Positions 40,301 to 53,635 of a stretch of 64,000 bases of DNA are shown here, piece after piece. Position 1 is the first letter of the stretch. The number at the start of each line of letters is the position of its first letter. Origin of the DNA: Laetmonice hystrix (taxonomy: Eukaryota); contig OZ249436.1 of assembly GCA_965235115.1 (NCBI GenBank), forward strand, positions 59,520,001-59,584,000. The letters are read 5' to 3'. The notes under the pieces were generated by a model. That model ran no database searches, was not told the DNA's origin, and worked only from the letters and a program-made list of their open reading frames with translations. The translations under genes and the position numbers were made by a program.

Positions 40301-43300
40301 TGGGAATGTGATGAGGGCCACACACCGGGCGAGTGGCCACTCTGGTGGATTAAGATGAGCTTACATCCAATAAAATGTGGAAGAAGATTAAGGGAATGAC
40401 AGGGTGTGAGTATCACCGTGATAGAGCTCGGATTAGCTAACTGAGAACAGGCTGGACGTGTCATCATTTATCGTCAGGATTAAGAGATGTGTGATCGCGA
40501 CCCACCCATCCGGACACACAGCTGGCTGTAGCAGCAGCTCACCAAGACACAGTCCTAGAATCGCCATATTTTTGGCAGCGTTCACAGTCCATTTCTGTAT
40601 TTGCCATGTGTGTCTGCATAAAAAGAGAAAACAGATGAGGCAAATATTTTCGAAGGAGAAAACGGAGGTTGTTAACATCTGTTGGAAGATGTTTTATGGA
40701 AGGTCATATCTCCAAGTTCGAAGGTTAATGTGTGGCCTGAAAGTCAGTAACAGTTGTTTATCGTACTTCATAATGTACATTTTTTATCCGCCAAAGACTT
40801 TGCCTCACTGACATTTACAAACAGAGTGAGTTTTAGATGGCCAGCATTAACCGACTGGTCCCAGTTTGGCAGGCCCAGGAGAGATTGCATACCTGTTCTA
40901 TCAGGTGATGACATGCCGCTGAAATGTTCATTATTGATTCGTTCCAGTGCCAGGTAGTGATCAGACATTTAAACGCCCATTAACCTTCGCCGGGACAAGG
41001 GTTACGGATTACCGATGTTCAGGTCGTAATTATTATTCCCGCCTTCTGCTTCCCGGGGCCGAAGTGTGCCAGCAGATTGTAAAGACCGACTGGTGTGGTG
41101 GAGGGTAGAATCTGACAGTCTGTACGATTGCTCGATCCTTCCTAGATGACCCCGGGCCCAGCCTTGGCGCCTGTGGTAATAACAAGGTGTAAATGGTGGT
41201 GCTGCCAGAATGGTCGTCGCCACCTAGAGCAGGAGGTCTCAAGGATGCGCACCAAACCCATTTCTGACGTGTTATAAGTACGCTCGAGTTATTATTCACT
41301 CCTCCCTCCTTTTCACGCAAGATGTCCTTTGAAATGATTCAAGGAAAGCGGTATGTCTCCCTCCCCTCCTGAACAGTCATTACATTAATAGAAAGGTTAA
41401 GACGACATGCAATACTCAAACCTTGGCTGCAATAGTTTGTGCGCCTATTTGCTTGGACATCAAATTGAGGAAAAGCAGCAGCAAGGGCCACTAACCAAAT
41501 TGGCAGGTTTGTCCATGGAGAGCGCAAACTCGATTTGCTGACCATCACTGAATAGGGCAGGCGTGAATTGCGAATGGTGAGCTCTAACCCAATTGGGTTC
41601 GATTTAGACAAGATGCTCACTGTGTAAATGCATCAGGCACACAGTGCATGCTTCTGACTGTACGGCACTGCTGTCGACGAGTGCGAGGACTTGGCCTTTG
41701 TTGTGGCTGTGGAATTGGGGAGCAAACATACTAGAAGGTCTTTATGACTGGATAAGGAGCTGGCGACAAGCGGCAGCATCTTCCGACAGCTTCACACCCC
41801 ACCGTGCACAACCAGCCATAGCAGTGTGGAGTCGCTCCCTCCCCAAGCCGGGCCCGCCTCTGATGAGGGCTCTGCTAGCTGCAACCTTGCTGTCAGTCCC
41901 GCCAAGCCCTGAGTGATAATAGGGGGTTTTACACCACGAGAGTGGGTGATAATGTGTGACCGCTGGATCTCAGACATCAAACAAGAGCCCAGCTAGACAG
42001 TAAAGGCGGCCTGGAGACCATTCCAGAAGGCAGTGTATTTATAATAGTGCATAATAAATGCTAGCGTGGTCAGGAATGTAAATATTCTCTGGAGATGGCT
42101 TGATCAGGAGTAATGACCATCGGATTCTTCGCTCCAGGGGCTAAGTAGCACAAAGGCGACAGATAATGCCAAAACATCTAGGTCAGATTTCAAGGATGAA
42201 CAAACACCCCCCAAAGGGCCGGTTGCCCTGTCCCCCAACCCTCGGTCACAACCGGCCCGGAGAAGAACAAACTACACAGATTCAGGAAAAGATAATGAAA
42301 TGGCTCTTTCTTAGACATCAGAAAATAAATCGCCGGGAAAGTGACGGTCGACATTGAAGAAGGTCGAGTGGCTGGGGCATTGACTATAGTTGGTCCGTCA
42401 TAGACCCGGATAGTGGACTTGTTAAATAGGCCAGGCTTGCCCGCCTTGATTGTCACTGGTGTCAGTCACGCACCGACTGGCCTACTTAGAGCCTTATTAG
42501 CACGCACTTCAGCATGGGGAATCATTGTCTAGCTCGGCATAAAATTATGATTAATTTCATTAGGCTTTTAATTTTGGCTTGGACCTGAGGTTGCCATCGG
42601 GGCATCGCAGACAACTACGATGGTCAAATTGCAAGCAGCCCAACTAATTTCTGGAGCCATGTGCATTGGGCGAGGAGACAGTGGAACCACTGCATGAAAC
42701 GGTGATTAATGTGATTAAGCTTTAGACTTCCAGAAAGGTGGCCACACAGCGTGTAGAAGGAAAGTGACAGGGAGGATCCAGCATGGCAGGTGATGGATTG
42801 GTAACGCTGACTGTGTCGCCCCACCCCCACCATCCACCCCCGCCCCCACCCCCCGCCTCATAGGATGACATAATGGATCAGTGTTTGGAGCCGTGTCTTG
42901 TCATCCCATGGCCCTGCAGGCCTGGAGACGTGTGACACTGACAACACCAGTGAAGACTTCCAAGGCCGATCACACCGTCGTCACCAACACGAGAGTCTGG
43001 AGAGTACCTGCTCCAGATTGCTGCACAGGTCAACTGAACACCCGCAGGCAAAATGTGGGACATGTTGCTGCTGATGTCAAACTATTCACTGGTGACATAA
43101 GGACAATGCAGCCCATCAGCTGCACTGCTTAATCCTACTCTTCTCCTTCTCCTTCCTCCTCTGCTTCTCCTCCTGTTGGTCTTAAATCCCACTCTTTATT
43201 TGTCTCGCAGAGTCTGCAGACATAACTTGACCCAAAATTAAACATGTGGTTTATGAAAGCTCTGGGAATACCATGGGATAGGCCGGGAAGATTTACAATA

Positions 43301-46300
43301 TCATACGGTTCCTTTGAAGTGAACTCCACATGAGCTGGCTGGGATTGAGCTGGCATAGAGGCTGTCAGACCACAATCCGTAGCATGCCATTACTCAGGCG
43401 AATGGTTTTATCAACTGGGCTGGCTGGTTTTATCTGGACAGAGAACCCCATCCCCGGTGGACAGGTCGCTGTGAGAGATAGGCTCATCTTTGGTTGTCAT
43501 CGGAACATAGCGGTGGTCATTGTGTCAGAATTAGTGCTGCCATGGGATGGTGTCTGTCTATGGGGGCCAGCCAAGCAGGCATCATTAGCTGTGACTAGTG
43601 GGGACTATCACAGTGCTACCCTCATTACCGACAGTCTCGTCACTTGGTGCAACCTCTACATCACGCCGCTCAGGGTTAGCCGCTGGCGGTGGCTACGTCA
43701 TGGCCGGCATCAGCTGACGGCTGCTCTCTTCAAAAGGTTGCAGCACGCCCAGCCCCCATTAATCAAACAACCACGGAAAATTGACGCATTTATTTCCTCT
43801 GTCACTAAATTTGATCAGTGGATTAAAAATGTAAGAGCCAAATAATAATATTGAAAGAAGCAGGAAAATGTGCATATCGATGATGGATGTTAATTGAACA
43901 CCCCCTGCTCCTAGCATGATTGCACTGTCATCGGACATACAGTTCGAACCAGTCCCTTTTGACACAACACCCCGGCAGTATTGGAAAATACATGGTGATG
44001 AATGAACTGATATAATATTCTCGTGATGGACCAATCAAATATACACTTTTTTTGGTCTGTCAGTTTGTATGATTTATATAACGGCAGCCTCGAGGCATTC
44101 TGTATTTAAGCATATGAAAAATATTCCTGCTGGAATATAGATACAGCCTCCCCGTCCCGGGGGGTGGGGGTGGGGGTGGGGTGGATTCAGAACTGTGCTA
44201 TTACGTTAACCCAGGTGACAAAAGAGACGGATTGCCGTGGCATTGACCCAACTCACCTGGCCGGATGACAGGTGAAGTCGGGATGGAGGCATTTCATGTC
44301 ACCCTGATAGTGAGAATGACCCTTGACCAAGAAGCCCTCCAGATCCCCACTGGGTGGTTCAGTGGGGGCGATTCAAGGTGTTTTGTTCATGCTTAGAGGG
44401 GGTAAGAGAACACCCCGGTGTTGGTCAGCATGCCATTATGAGGGAGGCCCCGGGGGAGTCTGTGCTGGTCATATAGTTATAGGAGGAGTCCAAGACTCCT
44501 CGTTATATGTTGAACTAGGCTAGGTCGTTAGGAACCCGGTGGATACCTTGAACAGGAGGGAAGTTACTGGGTGCACCCCCACTGGATTACGGCTTGGCAC
44601 GACAAATGACGTCAAACATTGACACAGCCACAGCCGTGTTCGACGAGGGTGGCGGTACACAGTGCACATAGTGCATCTTCTTTGATCTTCCCCGTGCCTC
44701 CTCATGATCTAAGCTTGATCTGCCAAATGAAATCAGGCATGCGGTGATCCGACAAACTCCAGATGATCCCATTGTTGTGATAGGTGTATTGTGCGGCCGG
44801 TTTTAGGTATGGTATAGTATTTTGAAGGCACACTCTGGGCTGGCAGTGGTGTTTGGTAGTTGTGGTGACTGTAGAAGGAATGGGAACACGTACACCCCCC
44901 GTAATTTGTCAGCAGTACCTCTCAACCAAGGCAGCGCCAGAAGACTTTCAGCTGAGGAACCTGGGAGCGCATGGACCCTCCCAGCTGCTCACACAATGCC
45001 AATTACTAACACCTTGTTCGGCACATTCACACTCAAACAAGCACAAAACAAGCAGCCTCCACAATGGCCTAAGCCTGTCCAGCACCATGCCAGTCACCTG
45101 CCATTCAGCACCATCGAGAGCCCGAGATCCATCACAGTGACAGTTCGAAGCCAGCCGGTGACAATGCCGTAGGTTTGTGTAGACGGTACCGCTGCAGTCA
45201 GAACGACCGTGGCATTATCGTTGAGTGTAAGATCGCGGGGTCGGGAGGAGCGTGCTGATATTGTTATCCACGTGAGGAAGACTCGGCTCCTTATTTATCC
45301 CCGCATATACAATTGAGTGAGTGAAGTCAGGCCGAAGGGCTGAAATCAAGCAGACACATTGGCTGTGTTGACGTGCCACTATACAAGCACGTGGGTATGC
45401 TGCTGCTATAGGCGCCGGAGACGCTGCATGGTGGATGGAGCTGGTGGCGATGGATGGACTTGGGCGGTTGCTGGTCGGATACAAGTGGAAGAAGTGGCTT
45501 GCTTTCTGGAGAGGCTGAGCTGTGCTTGTGTGTTATTGCAGCTTAGTACATTCGTCACTACAATGGTTGACGCCTGGCTGACAGCCTCCTCGCCACCTCT
45601 CGTGTTTCTAATTGTCACTCGCACGCCTCAAGATCCAGTCGCTCCGTCGAATCATTGATGTAACCCCCTCTTTCTCGCATCTTGGCGGTAGTCGTATTAT
45701 TTGCATAAAGCACCCCCCTTCGAAAGGAGCTGATCACAGCTACTCCTGCTTCCATTCATTTGGCAGAGGCGCGGTACGATTTGTGCTTCAATTCTGTGAC
45801 CAGCCGCGAAATTCACGAAATTTTGAATGAAGAAAATGTTGATGATTGGCCTGGTAGCGATGTAATTCCGGCTTGTCTTTGCACGGGTGCACTCCAATTT
45901 GGCTCATCATGGTGGCAACCACTACCACCTGCAAATGTTACATGGAGTCTATTTTTCACTGGCAGGGAAATAACATGGCTAGGCATTATTTCGTTGCTAT
46001 TGACAGAACTATTAACGTTACAGCCGATAATCAATGACAGTGCAAATGATATGTCTCAGGCTTCACGTTCAACACAGAATGGGGATCGATATTGTAGCGC
46101 TAATCAGGAGGCCTTGGCTCAGCACTGGGTTAGTGTTGGCAGCGCCACCAGAATGGCTACAATATGGTGCCGTGCTCACGCTTGACACCCTTGGTGTCCA
46201 TTACAGCACACCAAACCCAGCCGTGCTCCGACAATTGAAAGCTCGGACCGGTCTTCACAGCCCTGATGCCAGCGTGGTTGGCAGGTTCCTCCTCCCCTGG

Positions 46301-47418
46301 GGAAGGCCATAAGCTGGCCATTCAGTCTGCTGGCTTGTCTTTCACAGAGTGATAATATAAAAGGCTACTGGATAAAGAGTGTACCGTGGGGCGCACGGAC
46401 TTATGGAACAAGCTCTCATTCCATGGTCATATTATGATATAGGCGGACCGTTAAAAGTGCGGGATTACACGTCGAATCCATGGGTGGGCTCCCAATAGCT
46501 CCCCTTGGCATTGTCGGACTCAAGAGTCCCATTGCACAGCCTTCCGTAGCACTAGCTGGTCCTCGGTCTCAAGCTTTGTTTTGTCCAAGCATTAGACTCG
46601 CTTATGCGCATTCCTAGCCAGTTAGTCCTTCATGAAAAATGAGACTAAGTCAAAGCAATTGAAAAAGTGCTCACAATACCTCTGAATCAACATTAATTGT
46701 CGTGATGTTTTGAGATAGATTATTGGAGGGGTGGCTGGTGGTAGTGTCTCAAGCAAGCATCGTTATTAGAGGCCATCTTATGTTTCTGAAGATGATATTG
46801 GCATTCATCTCCTGCCTTAGGTGATTAGCTTGTATAAGGAGGTTTAATGCAGATTGATATTATACACCTATTACTTAGAATGTGCTCATGCATTCATCCT
46901 TACTGGGCGAGCGTCTTGAGTAGGGGTCTTAATAAGGCAGATCTGCTGTCTGTCCACACGGCTGGTGTGAAACCATTATTCCCATCCAAATCTGGAGTAT
47001 CTATTATGTATTGGTGTTGTGGAATGTTTTATGTGAGTGAGTTAAGGCCCAGCAAGCCTACTAATTGGGAAATCATCTCGCCCCCTTCTCAAGACCCGGC
47101 TGGCCATCTCCTGTATCCGACAAATTATATGGGCAATTGTGAGCAGAAATGATGGACATTTGAGCCTGTCAGAATAGAAAGAAATGGTCTTGTTTTGTCA
47201 CCCTGTTCAACAAGAGTGAGTGCGACTGGCCTATTTGTACGTTGGAGAAAAAATCAGTGCTATCAATTGTATGCTACATTTGGTCACGGCGAAGTTCTGT
47301 GTGGAGAAGCAGGCAGCAGACAGGCCCAATTTCGTCTTGTAGCGACTGGCATAGCGAAGGAAGCCAGTGAAAATGAAGCTTATTTCTGGCTTTATATTCC
47401 GCCGATTGTACCATAACC

Positions 47419-47444
47419 GGCGGCCATTTCCGCAAGATCAAAGC
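47419..47444 (-). promoter_or_regulatory. Bipartite TCF site: HMG site plus C-clamp helper site
   Basis: On the minus strand, GCTTTGATC (47444-47436) is followed after 11 nt by GCCGCC (47424-47419). Confidence 0.4.
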
Positions 47445-49281
47445 ACGGTACATGCCGAGTACTCGTCCTCTCGGGGAGGCGTTGAATGTTGTGTATGTCA
47501 TCATCGGAGAACACGTACATCCTGGGCCCGCCGCTTGCTTTTGGCCGCGCTGACATGGAGGGTATGGGGCTGGCAGTGGGAAGGGGGGGGGGGCAGGCCA
47601 AGTCATGCTCACCATTGGGCTGTCGTATGCCGCGGCCGGTTGGATTCTGATTATCTGTCTCCATCGTTCGGGCCCATCTGCATGTTAGACACACAGACTA
47701 GCCTCATGCTTATTCAGCACTCGCATGTTCTCTTTGTCTTCTCAATATCCAATGCTTCGTGTCTGTTTATTTCTTTGCAATGTAGCCGGTTTTCATTCGG
47801 AGATGTCACTATTAATTGAGACAATTAATGCACTATAAGGCCTGGTGTGGAAGCGTCCAGAACAGAACTACCCGGGCTTCTTGTAGTTGATGACTAGGAC
47901 ACCCTGAATTTGAACGGAGTTGAGCTGAGTGAGAACTTAAAGAAAAGGTCAAGAAGGAGAGGTATCTACGCTGGAAACTTATAAGATTGCGTAAGATTGC
48001 AGTTGCCTTGCCATAAAAAAACCCGGCAAGCACAGATATAGGAGGACTTATGACTGTAATTTGCTCATGAATGAGATTTATTGTAAAGATTATTTTCCAG
48101 TTCACAAAAGAAATCATGTAGCGGTAGATAGAACCTCGACAAGACAAATAAGGATATAAGGATGTGGGAATATGAGAACCAGTGATGAGATTTTCTGTTG
48201 TAAGTCTTCATTTACCTGTATCATCCAGTGAGTGCACCCAGCCATCATAATGAAGAGTAAGCCATACATCTGTTGGTATGTGGGGATCCCTTGGTAAACG
48301 TTTGTCCCAGAATCGGCCAGTTTATTATTCCTGCCGGTGGGTGATGGCGACAGTTGAACACCATTGCTATGGAGAAAGAGGGGGCAGTGGCAGCCGCATG
48401 ACAAGGTCAGGGGTCAAGCCATGGGATGGTGTCCAGCATCTGTCTTGGTCATTGGGCAACCTGCCCGACAAATCTGCTGGTCCACGCCTCACACTGCCCA
48501 CCGACATGAAACAAATAATTCATGGACTCGGGCCTAACTAGAAGCGCTCATGTCAGGCAATAAAGAGGGTGGCAGTCACATTCAGGAGATGTTATTGCAT
48601 GTGGCCGGTCTGGACGAGAATTCAATTACATGCAGCCCAAGATTATGAAAATGGCCTGCCGAGGGAATTGTAATTTGTCATTGGCATATGAAATCTGGTT
48701 GTTCAATCGGCACCTAATACCACAACAATATGATCTCTTGTAACTGGGAAATTACAACCGTTAACGGGTCAAACCGGTGGCGGTGGCAGGCAGACCGAAC
48801 GCTGCTGTCATGCAGGAAACATGCAGGCCAGCATGTGTTGGTGAATGGTCGACCCGTGTCCAGCCCGTGTACGGGCCACGGCCTGATGAAACGGGTCATT
48901 TGACAGAAGTGCCCAGTGACATAATGCAGGCAATATATTTCCTCTGCACACTGACACTATCAGACTGGCTCTAGGCCCTGGGTGCATATCGCCTTGTGAC
49001 GGTGGGCCGCGGGCTGTAGGCCTATCTACCCTCTCCCCCGACCAACAACTGGCAGGGTTAGCAGCAGCCATACCGGGTTAGGGGCACAGCTGAAGGAACC
49101 CCGCCCCCTTGTGTTAATGCACGAATCTCCAAGGTACAAGGGTAGCGTTTGGTGCTCCAGTCGCCCCCGTTGTCATTAGCCCCATGGCACGACAATTTAT
49201 GCTCATCATAATGCTATGCTCCAGATCTGTTCCCGCTAGGCTGATGACTGACTGAATTTCAGTCCTTGCCGAGATTCCAGG

Positions 49282-49329
49282 CCCCCACCCCCTGCTCCCA
49301 CTCCCCCACCCCCACCCCCACCCCCACCC
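49282..49329 (+). repeat. CCCCCA repeat (G-quadruplex-capable on the minus strand)
   Basis: Tandem cccccacccccacccccacccccaccc. Similar arrays occur at about 42820-42857 and (G-strand) 44158-44184. Confidence 0.75.
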
Positions 49330-52300
49330 TAGCAGCCTGGGGGACCTTCCTTCCCTACCTGACAGGGCCAGCTAATCTCCATGGAAACATCTCAGAGAAT
49401 TCCACCCCCCAAGATGGCAGCCTAGCCTGAGTTAAATCGGTGACATGTTACGGCTGTGTCGTCACCCGGTGCTGGGCAATGATCAAAGACAAAGGGATGG
49501 AGTGTCCTACAGTCGTGTCCTCAATTTGCAGCCAGGCAGCGCTACACGCCGAGCAATCATCACTGTTGTCATCACTCCCTTTGTTCACCTTCATTAGACA
49601 TAACCTGAGGTGGTTAAAAAAAGGAACCCGCCTCAACATGATTAATTTAAATACAACGAGGTTAATATTGAAAATACAAGGGAAAATACACATTGAGTGT
49701 GTAATCGGGGCTATTTTAGAAAACAGTATATACATGTGCTCCTTCTGGCTTCATATTATTGATTCTGAACCAGAGCCATCAAGTGGCAGGTGTGTTAATA
49801 ACTATAGGGACGGCGCGTGTGTGATGTGTCAGAATGACACGTGCGTTACGTGTTGATGATCCATTATTTGGCTGTTAAATGTGTAAGTCAGGCTGGCCAT
49901 GTCAATGTACCTCTGGCCTGTGCCTGAAGCTGTGAACCAGTGCACCTGACCCCGACAGGTGACCAGGCAGGTAAGCAGGCCATCTCACCTATTGTGGCCG
50001 CTGACCCTCTAGCTGACCACATGAATACAGACACAGCGAAACTCACTTGAAAACACATTGGCTGTGCCATCAATCATTAAAGAATGGTCCATTTACAGTC
50101 AAGAACATTCCCCGAATCAAATAATGAGTAATTTGAAAAAAAGGACCAGCCCAGTCTTGTTCTCACTTGAGGGTCATAGAAATTGTGGAGGTGTATAATG
50201 GATTGTTAGCATGCTGAATGTAGGAGGTTTTTAGGCAGTCAGAACAAGTACATGGACTGTCCAGTAGTGCGCCTGACACCTTATTGATAGTTATACAAAG
50301 ATAATTTCTTTGGCCAGAGGGCCTCGGTTATACAGGCCGTCTATCATTCTATCAATGATTCAATGATTCATCCGCCATTTGTTGCTACACGTATTTGTTT
50401 ATAGAATATTATAGCAAAGTATAACGAATCAAATCAACCAGGGGAACCTCTTGCTCGAATTTGGCGGGTTTATATATTTATTTAATTGGTAGACCAAATG
50501 TAGAGGTTTCATATGAAAAAGTTGGATTTTGTTTTTTAAAATGGTGCCTCAGTGAGTAATCGAGAAAATAGGCCGTATGATGTAGAGATTTTTAGCGCTG
50601 GATAAATCCGGGCTGACTTTTTAGGCGTGCCAATCTTTCTTGCATTTATCGTAGGGCTAGTTGTACAGTTACTGTCAGTTCTTCTGTGTTCTGCCTGTGG
50701 CTCCGTGAATAAGTAAGTAAGTAAGTTAAGGAACGCTTTGGGCACTGCGCAAAATGAAGCAAGACTGCTGGTGGCACGACAGAGAAATAAGCTAGTGGCA
50801 CTGAAAATAGCGAGATAAAGCTAGGGGTGCTGATAATTGGCATTTAACTGCAGCTGCTGCTACTCTTAGAGATCCAGCATTTTGTGAGACTGCAGGTTTG
50901 AATAAAAGTCCTTTCTTCAATAGATCCTATGCCTAAGGATGAAAATCCAGATTATACAAATGCCTAATGCATTTCAATGTGTCTCTAGGGACGTCGGGAA
51001 TCCCAAGTTAGAGTTCTTAAATTCTAAGCTTAAATGTCGTGTGCAAAATATAATGAAAATGGCTACATGTAACACCAACCTCTTGACACATAGATTTATC
51101 AGTTTGCCCTATCAGTGATCACGACCACTAAAGAGGGCACTGCTAAGAAATGCCTACGCTTGCAAACTAGTAGGTCGCTTGATTCCATCTAAGGCCCGGC
51201 TAGGTGCCTCAATCAGATCTGAGCTCTGATTGGCGGAGGGGATCAGGATTATGGTAAGATCCCGTCAAGATCAGTGCACTATCAGGAATCGGGTAATAGG
51301 CAGTGCAAAGCTCGATGTATACATCCGACAGTCAAACAAGATCCATTGCAGATACGCCTCCTTCCGATGAGACCTCCGCTGCCTTGGCCAGAAAGGACTT
51401 GTCAGGTGCATAGGGGCATTATCAAGCTAATATCGAGTTATCATTACAGTGTCAACCACATCGCTTTCCTCATGTGCCATCAGGGAACTATGCCATGAAT
51501 TCTCGGGACCGTTCCTCTATGCCTACCGAGGGGTCGAATGGCAGAAAGTGAAAATTGTCAGATGTGAAATAAAGTGGAGTGTGAACGAACAGTGGTGAGA
51601 GGGGGAATGTGAAGGAATGCATCCTGAGTGTTGTATGTGTGTGTATGTGGGTTGGAAGTCGAGCTTTGTGTGTGTGAAGCCAGGCATCACGCATTGTAAG
51701 CTGTGGCATCTACAAGTGTGGCAGGCCCCAGGAACAATGCCTGATTGTGGAGACGTGGGCTGGGTTCTGTTTCAGTGACGTAAAGGAGATATGGGTGGAT
51801 ACACACTTAGGATCAGAAAACGCGAGGCTCCTAAGTTTTTTTTAACAGATTGCTGCCCATCGAGTTCTAATCATCAACACACTCTAATATTTGAGAGAAG
51901 CGCGAGGGCAGTCTTGGCATTACGGCATAAAGTTAGGGTACAACGCAGTTTATTACAGATGAGCACAGGAATGGCAGTATACAAAGTTGATAATTTAAAA
52001 AGAAAGTTGTTAAATGTAGTCTTCCACTTGTCTAAAGTGGTTATTTTGTGTGCATGATAACAATACTCTGTTACAGCATTGTGCAGAATATCGTATGTAT
52101 GGACCTTTGTGTCTGTACCAGGGTGATAAGTCACCCTGGATCAGGTCACTGGTTTTCTGGGGCACCCCATGTTTTTTTTAAAGGGGGCACATAGAGAAGC
52201 CCTAGGATGTCTTCAGTGTGAGTCGCACGCATGCGTGGTTTATCGGTGTCATATGGAGCACGAGTTGGTGTTTGATGATTGACATAGCTTGCCGTGCCAC

Positions 52301-53547
52301 TGCATCCACCCGCCCGTCCTGATTGTTCTCTTTAAGCATTGTTACGTATTGTGGTGTAGTATGAGGTCAGTGCGTGGTGTTTATATGGTGATGGACCTGT
52401 GAAAGGTTGCTGACCTAGAGCCGCCACTGGTGTTTCCACGCTTGTCAGGCTGACCCCGCTGTCGCTGAGAGCCATTTAAGATTGCATGCAGGACAATGAA
52501 GCTTGGAGACAATGCCGTTTCATCATCATGTTTTGACGTCGCCACATGATGAGGTTCATCAGTTAGTTGCCAGTATCCCTTCACATAAGCGGTCCGTCTC
52601 TTTGAGACTTGAAATAAATGCAGGAAAAGTGTTAGATTCGGGTGGCTTTCATTTTGTTCTCTGATACTGCAGTGGCTTAGGTTATCAGTATGACCTGCCC
52701 CAGAGGCGAGCACCATGTGTTAAGGTCGTACCTGATGCGGGAGTGCTGACGTCCCGCCAGGTAATTTTCAGTACTTGTCACTGGATCCAAAGAGCCTCAT
52801 CAGTTATAAAGCTACAGTCTGGGCTCGCAGTCAAGTTGCCATCTGATAACCTGAAATACTCATGATAATGATGGCAAATAAAAGCAGGTTTCGTCCGATT
52901 TCATAAGGGCTTCGAACTGACCACTATAGACAAATATCCAAAAGAAATGATAACAAATCCATAACTGAAACGCAAGGGGGAGGAGAATATCAACCATCCT
53001 CCACCAAAAGTTCGAAGTGTTTCGAACGGCTCCTGAAACTTGATCTGAACTTAACTCTAAATAACAGAAACATTAAATTATGTATGCCGTGTGAAAGGTA
53101 AGGGGTTCATTTTTCTCAGTTTGAGTCATGGTTTGAGATTTGTTTATCTGGCTTTATAGGGCTTTGATCAGATAGCGTTGGACTTTCTGATTGTTGAGTA
53201 TTTGTTTTCAGACCACTGAAAAGTGATCTCTATTTGTGTCAACTGTAAGAGTCATAAATTCTTACTGTTTAATGGTACTTCTATTTGTATACACGGGCAA
53301 TAAAGACCTGTAATAATAAGTTGTAGTTGGACACCTGATGCAAACTTTCGACACTGTCAAATTGTATCGGATTTCACTCCAAATTTATGCGTCATTCTGA
53401 GAAGCCAATTTGAAGTCCACAAAGCCTCCTAGCGTGATCTAGGATTTTTGTAACAGGAGAACTCCCACACAAGTGTTGCTACCTGATATGCATTGGTAAT
53501 ACTTGACACAAACACGTTCTCTTCTATTGATTAATATTACTCATTAA

Positions 53548-53635
53548 TACTCACCTGTGTATCATTGTATTTTTACAGGTAAGTAGCTGGCCGGATCTTT
53601 ATTACCGTTATGGCCTGGAAGATGATGAGGTAGGC
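53548..53635 (+). other. Candidate recursive splice site (AG|GTAAGT) with 51-nt cryptic exon 53579-53629
   Basis: Branch-point-like TACTCAC (53548-53554), pyrimidine tract tgtattttt and CAG at 53576-53578, immediately followed by a perfect donor GTAAGT. A second donor, GAG|GTAGGC, lies at 53630. The 51 nt between are stop-free in phase 0 (VSSWPDLYYRYGLEDDE). Confidence 0.45.
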
